A stretch of 64,000 nucleotides of DNA from Thermoplasmata archaeon (GCA_049675585.1 JBAUAJ010000168.1:12388-76387), one strand, 5' to 3'; shown: positions 9,312-19,340, numbered from the stretch's first letter. Numbers and translations: made by a program. Notes: generated by a model not told the origin, from the letters alone.

Positions 9312-11068
9312 CCCCAGAACGGGTGCGACACGCGTCGCAGCCGCACTACCTCGTCGAGGATCTCCTGTTCGTGCGGGGTGAGCGTTTGAGTTTTGAGCGC
9401 CCGCGCCGACGCTTCGGGGATCACGACCAGCAGGAAGTCCCCCTCGGCCATGTTCCGGCCCACCACGCCGCCGTCGATCGAGGCGGCGACCTCCGCGCCC
9501 TCCTCCGCCAGCGGGATCGACTCGCTTTCCCGCTGAAGGCTCTTCAGCAGACCGACCTCCCGCCCGTCCGGATGCATCAGCCGTAGCCCCGGGCGGAGCG
9601 TGCCGCCGACGACTCGGATCCCCACGATCGCGGGCTTGGAGGCGCGGAACACGAACCCGGAGAGCACCTCGAGCTTCGCGGGGTGGACCGTGCCGAGCTT
9701 CCGGGCGGCGTCGATCTGTCGTTGCCGCTCGGTGCGCCAGGTCAGATACTCCTCGATCACCCGATACATCACATCGGCCCGGAATACCCGGACCGCGTCC
9801 GGGTCGGAGGCATTGACCGCATCGGGGAGCACCGGAACGTTGAACGCCAGGACGGCGCGGTGCGTCGGATCCTTCACGTCGGCGACCCGCATCACGGTCG
9901 GCCGGCCGACCGGACCGACGGAGGCCTCGTGCACGGGGATCCCCCGCTCGCGGCATTCGAACGCGAGCGCCTCCACTCCGCCGAGCGTGTCGGCGGTGAT
10001 CGCGACCCCGCTCTCCGCGAGGTCGGCGACCGGCGTCGCCTCGCGGGCGAGATCGGCGCGCACTTCCTCCGCTTCGGCCGGGGTGCGAACGACCTTGAGC
10101 AGGCCGCCGGGCATCGCTTCCTCGATCTGGGGTGCGGCGAGGTAGACTCCCGCAGCGGCGCGCACCTCGGGCAGCGACTCGAGCCGGACCTGCGCCGAGG
10201 CACGGCCGGGTTTCGACGGCTTGGGACGGTAGATTCCCCGGACCTTCGTGGAGAAGGGGCCGTTGCGGCCGGTGACCACGACCTCATCGCCCACGCGGAG
10301 CGCGCCTCGGTAGACGATGACGTTCCCCACGGGCCCGACCCCCTTCTGATCTCCCCGCTCGAGGATCGTCGCTTCGCCGCCGTCCGTGAACAGCTCGAGC
10401 TCCTCCTTGAGGAACCGTTGCGCGAGCCCGATGAGCAGCGCGATCAGCTCGGGCACCCCGGCCCCGCTCTTCGCCGAGACCGGCACGATGCCGACGTTGC
10501 GCGTGAAGTCGCTCACCCGGTCGTAGCGCTCGGCACTGAACCCGAGCCCGTCCAGCTCCTCGGCGACCGCGTAGACGCGGGCGTCGAGCGTCCGGATGAA
10601 CTCGGGTCCGGCGCGAGCGAGCTGTTCGAGGAGACGGACCGGGCCGGTCGGCTTGCGCCAGCCCGGCAACAGATCGACCTTCGTGAGCGCGATCGCGAAC
10701 GGCGTCTTCTCCCGGCGCAGGATGTTGATCGACTCCTTCGTCTGGGGCATCACGCCCTCGCGCGAATCGACCACGAGGATGGCGAGGTCCGCGAGCGCCC
10801 CGCCCCGCCGGCGCATCGTCTCGAACGACCGGTGCCCCGGGGTGTCGACGAACAAAAGTCCGGGGACGACCATCTGGTCGGCGCTCAGGATCCCCTCGCA
10901 GAGAATCCGGACCGCGGCCCCGGTGACCTCGATCGCGCCGATGTGCTGGGTGATCCCGCCGGCCTCCTTCGCGGCGCGGACGCTGCCGGTGATCCGGTCA
11001 AGAAGGGTCGTCTTCCCGTGATCTACATGCCCCAGCAGGGAGACGATCGGCTCGCGCAGGTCGGCCAC
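9305..11068 (-). CDS. infB: translation initiation factor aIF5B (IF-2 family GTPase)
   Basis: REPIVSLLGHVDHGKTTLLD (G1), DTPGH (G3) and LTKVDL (G4) are present, and the 587-aa length is typical. The start is GTG 11068 (VADLREPIV), 27 nt downstream of a GTAATGA island. The 950-aa track ORF is an over-extension. Confidence 0.9.
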   Translation of the reverse strand: MADLREPIVSLLGHVDHGKTTLLDRITGSVRAAKEAGGITQHIGAIEVTGAAVRILCEGILSADQMVVPGLLFVDTPGHRSFETMRRRGGALADLAILVVDSREGVMPQTKESINILRREKTPFAIALTKVDLLPGWRKPTGPVRLLEQLARAGPEFIRTLDARVYAVAEELDGLGFSAERYDRVSDFTRNVGIVPVSAKSGAGVPELIALLIGLAQRFLKEELELFTDGGEATILERGDQKGVGPVGNVIVYRGALRVGDEVVVTGRNGPFSTKVRGIYRPKPSKPGRASAQVRLESLPEVRAAAGVYLAAPQIEEAMPGGLLKVVRTPAEAEEVRADLAREATPVADLAESGVAITADTLGGVEALAFECRERGIPVHEASVGPVGRPTVMRVADVKDPTHRAVLAFNVPVLPDAVNASDPDAVRVFRADVMYRVIEEYLTWRTERQRQIDAARKLGTVHPAKLEVLSGFVFRASKPAIVGIRVVGGTLRPGLRLMHPDGREVGLLKSLQRESESIPLAEEGAEVAASIDGGVVGRNMAEGDFLLVVIPEASARALKTQTLTPHEQEILDEVVRLRRVSHPFWGQ

Positions 11069-11121
11069 GGCGATTTTTACCTCGGTACGCTCATTACCGT
11101 TGCCCCCGCGCGGCGCGGCGG

Positions 11122-12435
11122 TCACCCGCGACCGGCGAACTCCGAAAGCGCCCCGCGGACGAGGGGAACGAGGAGCTCCTCGGGATCGAGGCCCCCGTGC
11201 CCACCGAGGAACTCTCCCGAGCGCGGTCGGGGCGCGCCGGGGGGGAGGGAGACCAGCCCCGTCGGGGGCGGGACGAAGACGAGGAGATCGCCGAGGCGGG
11301 GGTGGATCTCGGGGTGGAACGGAGGGGGCCCGAACAGACCGGCGCCCAGGGCGTCGTCCATCGACACGATCCGGCTTCCGATGGGAAGGTTCCGTTCCAG
11401 CGCCTCGCGCAGCTCCGACTCGTGACCGGGGAGCGCGGAGAAGTACCCCGCCCGGCGGTCCCCCGCGAGCGGACGCGACATCGTCCGGGCGATCTCCGGT
11501 GTCTGGTCGATCCGGAGCTGTCGAGCCGGATCGAGCGGAACCTGTCCGTGGTCTGCGGTGACGAACACCGTGGTGGAGCGCGCCCGGGCCGGAGCGACCT
11601 GCCCGGCGACGAACTCGAACAGGTGCGCGAGGCGATCTGCCTCGAACCCGAACAGCCGGTCGAGCGGGCCGCGGAAGTGCTGCACCGTGTCGAGCTCGTC
11701 CCAGTAGGTGTAGATCAGCGGCGGCGGGGTCGGCCGGTCGATCAGTTCCGCCAGCAGGTGGGCGAGATCGGAGGCGGTCGCGTAGGGGATGTACTCGGCG
11801 CCGTCGTACAGCACCCGGGTCAGGCCGGTGCCCTGAAATTTCTCCCGGGAAAGCGCGAGGCCGGGAGCGCCCCGCCGGAAGATCGAGGGGGCGCCGGAGA
11901 CGAGCGAGGGGCTCCACTCCGGGCCGACCAGCGTCTCGGGGTGAGAGACCCCGACCGGGGACATCTTGAGCAGGTCGGCCACGACCCCGAAGCGGGGCAG
12001 GAACTGCCGGAAGCCGACCACCCCGTTCTGGGAGGGACACGTTCCGTTGGAGAGGCTCACGAGCGCCGGCACGGTCGTCGTGGGGAACACGGTCGTGATC
12101 GGGCGCGCCATGCGTCGCCACCGGGCTCCCGCCGGGTTCCGGTCGGCGTTCGCCCACCGATCGAACGGGAACCAGCCAAGGCCGTCGGCGAGCATCACGA
12201 CGATCGGCCCCTCGGGTGGGTTCGACGCGAACGGGTCGAGCTCGGGTGCGAGCGACGGGGCCAGGGGAGGCGTCCCGGCCTCGTTCACCCCCACGGCGCG
12301 GGCGACGGAGGCGGCCAGATTCGGAAGCGAACGCCCGGAGTACACGGGCAGGATCAGACCGGTCCGAGCGTCGGGCACCAGCAACGCCGACTCCTCGGCG
12401 GAGAGCGCGCGGAGCGGCGGCGCCGAATCGGTCAT
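11122..12435 (-). CDS. alkaline-phosphatase-superfamily protein (type I phosphodiesterase/nucleotide pyrophosphatase-like)
   Basis: VVMLADGLGW, the FPTTTVPALVSL nucleophile region and the FVTADHG metal-ligand motif are typical of the AP superfamily (Phosphodiest/PglZ-like fold). Confidence 0.75.
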   Translation of the reverse strand: MTDSAPPLRALSAEESALLVPDARTGLILPVYSGRSLPNLAASVARAVGVNEAGTPPLAPSLAPELDPFASNPPEGPIVVMLADGLGWFPFDRWANADRNPAGARWRRMARPITTVFPTTTVPALVSLSNGTCPSQNGVVGFRQFLPRFGVVADLLKMSPVGVSHPETLVGPEWSPSLVSGAPSIFRRGAPGLALSREKFQGTGLTRVLYDGAEYIPYATASDLAHLLAELIDRPTPPPLIYTYWDELDTVQHFRGPLDRLFGFEADRLAHLFEFVAGQVAPARARSTTVFVTADHGQVPLDPARQLRIDQTPEIARTMSRPLAGDRRAGYFSALPGHESELREALERNLPIGSRIVSMDDALGAGLFGPPPFHPEIHPRLGDLLVFVPPPTGLVSLPPGAPRPRSGEFLGGHGGLDPEELLVPLVRGALSEFAGRG

Positions 12436-12477
12436 GGGACGGTCCGGGAACTCGAGCCGTCCGACGCTCTTAACGGT

Positions 12478-13647
12478 CTAAGGGGGCGTGGCCGGGAAAT
12501 CGTCGAGGGACGCCTGCCGCTGGAGGCGATCGCTCAGCCGTTCTGTGCGCACGGAGACCGTCCGGACCGCGCGGCCCCGGCCCGCGCGCTCCGCCTCCCA
12601 CAGCTCTCGGGCGAGGTGCAGCGCGCGGTCCGCGAGGGGCGCGTTCCCTTCCTGAGCCGCCGAGAGCGCTCGGACCCGCTGGCTGCGTGCGAAGTCCGCC
12701 CAACGGAAGGCGACCCCGACGGCGCCGTAGCGAATCCCCTCCCGATCGAGGGCCGCGGCGAGGCCGGAGGAGAGTTCGATCACGGTGCGCTCGATCGCCT
12801 CCCAGGACCCGACGTCCGCCTCGAACGTTCGGTCCGTGGAACGCGACCGGGGGCCGCTCGCCACGGGAGGCGCGTCCGGAGGTTCTCCGCGCGCGAGCGA
12901 GATCATCTCCCGGCCGAAGCTGCCGAGCCAACGGCCGACCTCCGAGGGCGACCGTTCGGCGAGGGCGCCGATCGTTTCGATCCCGTGCGCTTTGAGGATC
13001 GACTCGGTCTTCGGCCCCACGCCCGGGATCGCCCGGACCGGAAGGGGTGCGACAAACTCCGCCACCCGGTCCGGCGGGACCACGACGATCCCGCCGGGCT
13101 TCGCCCGGTCGGTGGCGATCTTCGCCACGACCCGCGTGGTCGCGACGCCGATCGACGCCGGGAGACCGAGACGGGCCCGGAGATCCTGCTGGACTCGTTC
13201 CGCGACGGACCGCGCCGCCTCTGGGGAGGGCGCCTCGATCGACAGCGCCGCTTCGTCGATGCTGAACGGGACCACCTGCGGGGCGTGCTCCGCGAGGAGC
13301 GCGCGGACCTCCTCGCTGATCCGGCCGTACTTCGCGAAGTCGGGGGCGATCCAGGTCGCCTCCGGGCAGCGCGCGGCGGCGGTGCGCGCCGGCATCGCGC
13401 TGTGGACCCCGAACTTCCGAGCCTCGTAGCTCGCCGAGAGCACCACGCCGCGGGACGGCCGATCGGACGGCGGGGGCCCGACGATCACCGGCCGGCCGAC
13501 GAGCTCGGGCCGATCTCGGAGCTCGCAGGAGACATAGTAGGCATCGAGATCAACGTAGAGGATCCAGCGTCGGGACTCCTCGGGGCGAGCGATGGGAACC
13601 GACGCTTCGGGCCAGAGGGTCCGGGGGGCGTTCGTTCGTTCGCTCAC
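12478..13647 (-). CDS. dinB: Y-family DNA polymerase IV (Dpo4/DinB)
   Basis: ILYVDLDAYYVSCE, SIDEAAL and the GIETIGAL HhH region are present. 389 aa. Confidence 0.9.
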   Translation of the reverse strand: MSERTNAPRTLWPEASVPIARPEESRRWILYVDLDAYYVSCELRDRPELVGRPVIVGPPPSDRPSRGVVLSASYEARKFGVHSAMPARTAAARCPEATWIAPDFAKYGRISEEVRALLAEHAPQVVPFSIDEAALSIEAPSPEAARSVAERVQQDLRARLGLPASIGVATTRVVAKIATDRAKPGGIVVVPPDRVAEFVAPLPVRAIPGVGPKTESILKAHGIETIGALAERSPSEVGRWLGSFGREMISLARGEPPDAPPVASGPRSRSTDRTFEADVGSWEAIERTVIELSSGLAAALDREGIRYGAVGVAFRWADFARSQRVRALSAAQEGNAPLADRALHLARELWEAERAGRGRAVRTVSVRTERLSDRLQRQASLDDFPATPP

Positions 13648-13694
13648 CGTTCCTCCTCCCGCGCGGCCGTCCCGCGGTACGTGGCGGGACGCGC

Positions 13695-14420
13695 TCAGGC
13701 GCTCGAAAAGTCGACGGCCTTCGCATCGACCCGGAGTCCCGAGGGCCCGATGGAGTACGGCTGCACCGTCCGGGCGTGGGCGGTCCGGCGCATCTTGAGG
13801 ACCCGCAGCGACAGCCCGACGCGATGCCCATCGGCGCCGGTCGAGTATCCCAGGACGATCACCCCGTCGGCGATGTACTCCGAGAGGCCGTCGCGGGTCA
13901 CCTCCGGGCTGCGGGGATCCGCCTCGGCGGTGAGCACGGTCGTTGCGCCCGCCCCCTTGCAGGCGTCCGCGAGCGCGAACAGCGTCGCTCGGCGGCTCGG
14001 CTCGTCGTCGGAGAGCATGTTGAGCAGCGACACCGAGTCGAGGACGATCCGTTTCGCGCCCATCGTCGAGAGCTCCTTTCCGAGCTCTCCCTGGATCCGA
14101 TGGAGGCTCTGGCGGGTCTCGCGGGGGTCGAGTCGGACGATCTTCAGCGTCTCGTTCGCCACCGCGGCGTCCACGGGCCAGCGGAACTGCCGGGCGGTCT
14201 CGAGCAGCGGTTCGACGTTCTCCTCGAGGGACAGGAACACGCCCCGCTCCCCGTGCTGGGCGCCTTCGAGCAGGAACTGGAGCCCAAAGCAGGTCTTCCC
14301 GGTCCCCGGGAGTCCCGTCACGAGCACGACGTGCTTGGCGGGGAACCCTCCGCCGAGCATCTCGTCGAGGCCCGCGATCCCCGTCGAGACCTTGGGGTTG
14401 GCCGGATCAGACCCGCTCAT
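13695..14420 (-). CDS. KaiC/RadA-like RecA-superfamily ATPase (single domain)
   Basis: STGIAGLDEMLGGGFP, an intact Walker A (GLPGTGKT) and Walker B (RIVLDSVS) are present. 241 aa. Confidence 0.8.
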   Translation of the reverse strand: MSGSDPANPKVSTGIAGLDEMLGGGFPAKHVVLVTGLPGTGKTCFGLQFLLEGAQHGERGVFLSLEENVEPLLETARQFRWPVDAAVANETLKIVRLDPRETRQSLHRIQGELGKELSTMGAKRIVLDSVSLLNMLSDDEPSRRATLFALADACKGAGATTVLTAEADPRSPEVTRDGLSEYIADGVIVLGYSTGADGHRVGLSLRVLKMRRTAHARTVQPYSIGPSGLRVDAKAVDFSSA

Positions 14421-15321
14421 ACTGTGTGGTCACCAGCCCGTTGGAGGCGTTGATCCGGATCACGAACGTACCGTGGTGCTCGGACGGAAGGCGGGCGAGC
14501 ACCGGCATGAACTTCTCGATCAGCATCGCCCGATTGCGGTGCGAATGGTTCGGGCTCGCGGCCCACCGAAAATGCAGCACTCCGTCGACCGAGTCGATGA
14601 CGGCCTGCTCGGTCGCGGGCGGTGCCACTCCCTCGGAGAGCAACAGGTAGACGAGGCCGTTCCAGGCCTTGGCCCGTCGACGGAGCCCCTTCAGCAGCGT
14701 GAGCAGGTCGTTCGGCTCGATGCCGTCCCGGACCAGCAGGTCGGTAAGCGAATCGACGATCACCACGTTGCCGGCGCCGCAGGCATCGAGCGCGTTGGCG
14801 AGCGCCCGTACCGGGCCGTCCGGTGACCCCTCGGATCCGGGCTGGCGTCCGAGCAGCTGGCCGGGGAGCGACGACCATTCGCTCGGCACGACGGAGTCCC
14901 GGAAGTACGTCGGGGAGAGGTCGTGGAAGACCAGGTGGCGCAGCAGCACGTCCGGATAGAATCCGTGGAACGACTCGCGCACTTCGCCGATCACCTGCTC
15001 TTTCGAGCGGCTCAAGCTGACGAACGCGACGCCCTGGGGGTAGATGAACGGCCCCTTCGAGCTTCCGAGATAGAACCGATGCAGGTCGGGGTCGTCGTAG
15101 TACAGCATCAGGTGGACGGCCGACGTAAGGGCGAACTCCTGGTGGCCCGCGCCGGCCTCGCCGAGGAGCAGGACGACCGAGCCGGCCGGTAGACCTCCGG
15201 TCAGATAATCGAAATCCGGAACTCCCGTCGGAATGCGGGGGAGCGTGGAGGCGACTTCGACGTTCGGCAAGCCCGTCGAACGAAGGGGAACCACGAACGG
15301 CCGGGGACTACCGCTGACCAT
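14407..15321 (-). CDS. KaiC/RecA-like paralogue with degenerate Walker A (predicted pseudo-ATPase)
   Basis: IPTGVPDFDYLTGGLPAGSVVLLLGEAGAGHQEF shows a RecA-like fold in which GK[ST] is replaced by GHQ. A Walker-B-like VVIVDSLTDL is retained. The start was set to ATG 15321, since the longer track ORF would overlap truD. It overlaps the downstream KaiC-like gene by 14 nt. Confidence 0.6.
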   Translation of the reverse strand: MVSGSPRPFVVPLRSTGLPNVEVASTLPRIPTGVPDFDYLTGGLPAGSVVLLLGEAGAGHQEFALTSAVHLMLYYDDPDLHRFYLGSSKGPFIYPQGVAFVSLSRSKEQVIGEVRESFHGFYPDVLLRHLVFHDLSPTYFRDSVVPSEWSSLPGQLLGRQPGSEGSPDGPVRALANALDACGAGNVVIVDSLTDLLVRDGIEPNDLLTLLKGLRRRAKAWNGLVYLLLSEGVAPPATEQAVIDSVDGVLHFRWAASPNHSHRNRAMLIEKFMPVLARLPSEHHGTFVIRINASNGLVTTQYERV

Positions 15322-15355
15322 GACGGGTGCGAGCGTCGGACCCGGGGCTCGGGTA

Positions 15356-16690
15356 TTAGTAGCCTCGGCTCGAAAGGTCGCTCGGAGCTCCCGTGGCGCC
15401 GTTCTTGAGGAACTCCCGAAGCAGGATCGTCGCGTACGCACCCTTCGGTAGCGAGAACCGGAACCGCACGGCATCCGCTTCCGCGACGAGACCGAGCGGA
15501 GGCATGGGAAGCAGTGCCGGACGCCACGCCCCCCGGCTCGCCACCTCGGGCAGCGCGGGCACAATGAACATCGCCGTCTCGATCGATTCTTCGGCGAGGA
15601 GGTCGACGAGCAGGCGACCTCCCCCCACCGACGCCGGCCGAGTCTCGGCTCCGACGAGCGGACCCGCCACCAGCGCCCCTCCGCGCGCGACCAGGTCCGC
15701 GCACTCGTTGAGATTGTCCTCGGCGACCTCGACCCCGTCCTGGCTTCGGACCGTCCCGTCGCGTCCGACGCGCAGGATCCAGTCGCCGGCGACCGGTCGC
15801 TCGAGCGGAATTCCTTGCGCGCGCCGACGGCTGATCCATCGATTGAAGAGGAACGCCTGGTACGCGTGGACGAAAAGCCGGCGCAGCTCGAGCGGGAGCG
15901 CGCGCAGCGCCCGTGTCGGCGTCTCTCCCTGCGCCAGCCGCTCGAGGATCGCGCGTTCGAAGCGGTACTCGGGAGGGAACTCGCGCAGCGCCCGCTGGGG
16001 GTCCCGGTGCACGGCGTATTCGGCCCGGGCGTCGTCCCCGCGGCCGGCGGAGCCCCCCGAAGGACGGGCGGTCAGGTAGAGGTCGACGGCGTGGGCGACG
16101 TCCCCCTGGACGAGCGCGCGGCCGACCGCATGGGTCACCGGTCGAACCTCCCCGAATCGCTGCGGTCCGAAGAAGTTCACGAAGCCGCGCGCGGCCCGCA
16201 GGTCGGCCTCTATCTTCCGGTAGACCGGGACCGCTTCGGCGGGCGCGGCACCGAGATCGGTGATCCGGATCTCGAAGGAGTTCCCGTAATGGTGCCCGAG
16301 CACGAGGCCGTCCCGCGCCCGGTACGCTTCGAGCACGACCACATTCTCGAGCTCGAGGGGGGCGGTCGGCGGGGCTCCGCGATAGGAGAGCAACCGCTCC
16401 GCGACGGCCCGGCGGTCCTTCGTGCCGGACCATTGCACCGTCCGCGCCGCGAGCCCGAGGCGCCGGGCGATCGCCGCGGCGAGCTCGTGCTGCTCCCATC
16501 CTCGGCTCTCGACGCGGAGCACCGTGAACGATCCGGTCGGGTCCGGATGCGGGTAGGATGAGATCTCCTGGACGCGAAAGTCCTCGTCGGTCGCCTTCGA
16601 ACGGCCGGTGATCCCCGGAGCTGTGGACAGGTAGAACTCGATCCCGATCGCCCGTTCGGAATCGGGTGGGGTCCAGCGGACGTCGTCCAC
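15356..16690 (-). CDS. truD: tRNA pseudouridine synthase D (TruD/Pus7 family)
   Basis: The catalytic SGTKDRRAV motif is present. The 444-aa length matches archaeal TruD. It has a GTG start. Confidence 0.9.
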   Translation of the reverse strand: MDDVRWTPPDSERAIGIEFYLSTAPGITGRSKATDEDFRVQEISSYPHPDPTGSFTVLRVESRGWEQHELAAAIARRLGLAARTVQWSGTKDRRAVAERLLSYRGAPPTAPLELENVVVLEAYRARDGLVLGHHYGNSFEIRITDLGAAPAEAVPVYRKIEADLRAARGFVNFFGPQRFGEVRPVTHAVGRALVQGDVAHAVDLYLTARPSGGSAGRGDDARAEYAVHRDPQRALREFPPEYRFERAILERLAQGETPTRALRALPLELRRLFVHAYQAFLFNRWISRRRAQGIPLERPVAGDWILRVGRDGTVRSQDGVEVAEDNLNECADLVARGGALVAGPLVGAETRPASVGGGRLLVDLLAEESIETAMFIVPALPEVASRGAWRPALLPMPPLGLVAEADAVRFRFSLPKGAYATILLREFLKNGATGAPSDLSSRGY

Positions 16691-16748
16691 CGAGGTCGGA
16701 GCGGGGGCGTCATTATTACGTCATGGCCCGATTCCTACCGGGCGGCGG

Positions 16749-17225
16749 ATGATCCAAGCGACGGCCCGCATTCTGAAGAACATCATCGAGCTGCGGGTCG
16801 GCGGGGAGCTCTGGATCGGCCGGCCGGTGCAGGCCGAACAGGCCGGCCTCGGCCATCGCATCGCCGCCCTGTTCTCCACCGAGTTCCACGTGGTTCGGTC
16901 GGCGAGTCCCGAGGCCGTGGAGGCGACCGTTTCCTATCGGGCCAAGTCCGACGAGATCCGGATGCACGTCGGCGACGAGTCGTGGCGGACCCAGTCGACG
17001 ACGTTTGGGCCGATGACGATCGACTACGGCGGCACGCACTACACGATCAACGAACGCCTGACGGGTAAATTCGCGGTCCTCGACGGCGAAACGCCGGTCG
17101 GTGTCGGGCAGATCGGCTTTCGAACCTGCACGATCGATCAGTACCCGGCCGAGCTCGAGACGTTCCTTGGCTATCTCGCGCTCGGCTACGTGATCCGGCA
17201 CCTGACGTGGCAGATGCTCGGCTGA
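16749..17225 (+). CDS. hypothetical protein (158 aa)
   Basis: It has strong G/C third-position bias and balanced amino-acid composition. The antisense ORF 16716..17201 is Arg/Pro/Gly-rich shadow sequence. I recognise no family. Confidence 0.5.
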   Translation: MIQATARILKNIIELRVGGELWIGRPVQAEQAGLGHRIAALFSTEFHVVRSASPEAVEATVSYRAKSDEIRMHVGDESWRTQSTTFGPMTIDYGGTHYTINERLTGKFAVLDGETPVGVGQIGFRTCTIDQYPAELETFLGYLALGYVIRHLTWQMLG

Positions 17226-17234
17226 GCCGTCCGG

Positions 17235-18653
17235 TCAGCGCCATCGGGTCGCCGGGGGACGCGGCACCGCCGCGCGGGTCCCGCGCAGCGGGCGCGGATG
17301 GTGCCCCGCCGGGTGGGGGATCTGGAACAGATGGTAGGGGATCGGGAGCAGGAGGGCCCCTCCGACCACGACCGTCACCGCCGCGATGGAGTAGGTGAAG
17401 TGGACCCCGTGGTTCGCATACAACCACCCGCCGAGGAGCGTCCCGAGCAGGCCGCCCGCGCCCGCGACCGCGTTGTACAGGCCGAGGGCCCGGCCGCGCG
17501 CGGACCGGCCGACGAGACGGACCAGGAAGAGCGTGCTCGCGGTGCTGATGAACGCCCACGTGACGCCGAGCAGGCCGTTGAGGAGCGTCAGCCACGCGAG
17601 GAGCGCCGGGCTGCCGATCCCGAACAGCATGTAGATCGGTCCCCAGAGGAACAGGAGCATCAACGCGACCCGGCCTCCGAGCGACTCGAGGAACACCGAC
17701 TTCGGTGAGTGGTTGTCGACCGCCTTGCCCGAGTGGAAAAAGAGCGCGGAGGAGGCGGCCGCCGCGCCGAGGTAGACGATGAACACCCCCGCATCGCGCG
17801 AATGCGCGTTGTGGCCGAGCACCGAGTAGAGGAACACCGGGAACGGACCGTAGAAGATGTCGAAGCCGACGCTCATGACGAACAGGGCGGCGAGGAACAG
17901 ATACTCGCGTCCCGGCAATCGCTCGCGGCTCGAGCGGGTGAGGTCGATCACGCCCGCCACGCGCGAACGGAAGTTGCGCGCCTTTTCGGTGAGCCCGGTG
18001 CGCATGTGCAACAGTTCGTTCAGGCTGTGCCGATCGACGCGGGTCGACGGTTCCTCGATCCAGAACCAGGCGACCCCGGCCGAGACGAGCGCGAGCGCGC
18101 CCGACAAAAGCAAGAGCCCCGTCATGGCGTCGACCGCGGTGCCGGTGTGTCCGACGACGAACAGCCAGACGAACCCGAGCGCGAGACCAGCGGTCGTTCC
18201 AACTCCCGAGATGAGCCCGAACAGGCCGATGTCCTGGGGCCACCAGCGCTTGTGCCGCGTCTCGAGGAGGAGCATCGTACCGATCGGCGCGCTCGCCGCC
18301 GAGGCGAGCCCTTCGAGCACGTTGAGGAGGAAGAACGTGCGGATGTCTCGGGCGAGCGCGATCCCGAGAATGCTGACCCCGGTCGCCACGAACGAGCCGA
18401 CCAGGAAATACTTGCGATGGGAGACCCGGTCCGACAGGTTGCCCCACACGATCGTGAACGGCACCTGGCTCATCGCGCTCGCCGCGATGATCACCGTCAC
18501 GATGAACGCGGTCGCGCCGAAATGCTGAAGCGCGAGGAGCGGGATCAACGGGGTCGCGATCCCATCGGAGATCGCGAGCGGTAGGTACGCGAGGAACCAG
18601 AGGTCGCTGGTCGACGGCCGCAGCACCGTCCGGGCCTTGATGTCGATGGACAA
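17235..18653 (-). CDS. MFS transporter
   Basis: 472 aa with about 12 TMS and the MFS loop motif GNLSDRVSHRK. Confidence 0.8.
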   Translation of the reverse strand: MSIDIKARTVLRPSTSDLWFLAYLPLAISDGIATPLIPLLALQHFGATAFIVTVIIAASAMSQVPFTIVWGNLSDRVSHRKYFLVGSFVATGVSILGIALARDIRTFFLLNVLEGLASAASAPIGTMLLLETRHKRWWPQDIGLFGLISGVGTTAGLALGFVWLFVVGHTGTAVDAMTGLLLLSGALALVSAGVAWFWIEEPSTRVDRHSLNELLHMRTGLTEKARNFRSRVAGVIDLTRSSRERLPGREYLFLAALFVMSVGFDIFYGPFPVFLYSVLGHNAHSRDAGVFIVYLGAAAASSALFFHSGKAVDNHSPKSVFLESLGGRVALMLLFLWGPIYMLFGIGSPALLAWLTLLNGLLGVTWAFISTASTLFLVRLVGRSARGRALGLYNAVAGAGGLLGTLLGGWLYANHGVHFTYSIAAVTVVVGGALLLPIPYHLFQIPHPAGHHPRPLRGTRAAVPRPPATRWR

Positions 18654-18761
18654 GGACCCACGCCCCGGCGGCCCGTCGAGAGCCGGTGGGCGGCGGATAA
18701 AGCATCGGTTCGTTCGGCAGGCGACGCGCTCCGCAGAGCGGACTCGCGCCTCCGGAAGTCG

Positions 18762-19340
18762 TTAGCGGACCGAGACCCCGACCTGGCCGAGGAGCGCCTT
18801 GTGCTCGGTCGCGGAGATCCACTCTACCTTGAGATATTCGCGCAGGAACGCGTCGTCCGCCCCGAGGTCGCGGGCCTCGCGCACGACGAAGCGGTACGCC
18901 TCGATCTCGGTCCACCGCTCCACGTAGCTGACGCCCGGCTCCCAGAGATTGGCCCCGTCTCTCCGCTGCACGACGTGGCAGAGCTCGTGGTAGATGTCCA
19001 TGAACAGGACGAGCTCCGGGCTCTCGGCGAGATGCGACTTTCCGACCACGATGCAGTCGCGGCCCGGCGTCGTCACCGGCCTCCACTGCCGACGCGCCCC
19101 CTTCGGGAGCTCCCACGGCGCGACGTACATCCACATGTCCTCGTCGACGACCTCGACGCACGTCTCGTCGAACAGTTTCGCCCGCCGCGCCGCATCGGTC
19201 TCCAGGCGCACCGCGGGAGGAAGCTGGTCGAGCCCGGGAAACACCGCGAGGATCGGGTGGCGGCCCGCGGGCATCTCCCGCATTACGCGGAACCCTTCGG
19301 GGACGTGAGGGGAGGAGGGGGGCGCCTTCGCCGTCGGCAT
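18762..19340 (-). CDS. hypothetical HExxH-motif protein (putative zinc metallopeptidase-like)
   Basis: It contains MDIYHELCHVVQ (HExxH). The start was set to ATG 19340, 28 nt downstream of GCTTTATCCC. ATG 19283 is an alternative. The track ORF to 19724 is an over-extension. Confidence 0.5.
   Translation of the reverse strand: MPTAKAPPSSPHVPEGFRVMREMPAGRHPILAVFPGLDQLPPAVRLETDAARRAKLFDETCVEVVDEDMWMYVAPWELPKGARRQWRPVTTPGRDCIVVGKSHLAESPELVLFMDIYHELCHVVQRRDGANLWEPGVSYVERWTEIEAYRFVVREARDLGADDAFLREYLKVEWISATEHKALLGQVGVSVR

Noticed and set aside
9305-12157. Track ORFs giving very long N-termini for aIF5B (950 aa), TFB (453 aa), NOG1 (506 aa), LeuRS (1034 aa), nitroreductase (455 aa), rdgB (355 aa) and NAD kinase (378 aa)
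   Set aside because: The extra N-terminal parts are low-complexity, overlap the upstream gene and precede the conserved family N-termini. Internal ATG/GTG starts fit family lengths, the TATA-distance rule and the 4-nt overlaps.
11197-14826. 1209-aa ORF on the + strand, the longest in the window
   Set aside because: It runs antisense through four well-supported minus-strand genes: the AP-family protein, Dpo4 and both KaiC-like genes. Its translation is Arg/Gly/Pro/Asp-rich low-complexity sequence with no motifs. It is a shadow ORF produced by stop-codon scarcity at high GC.
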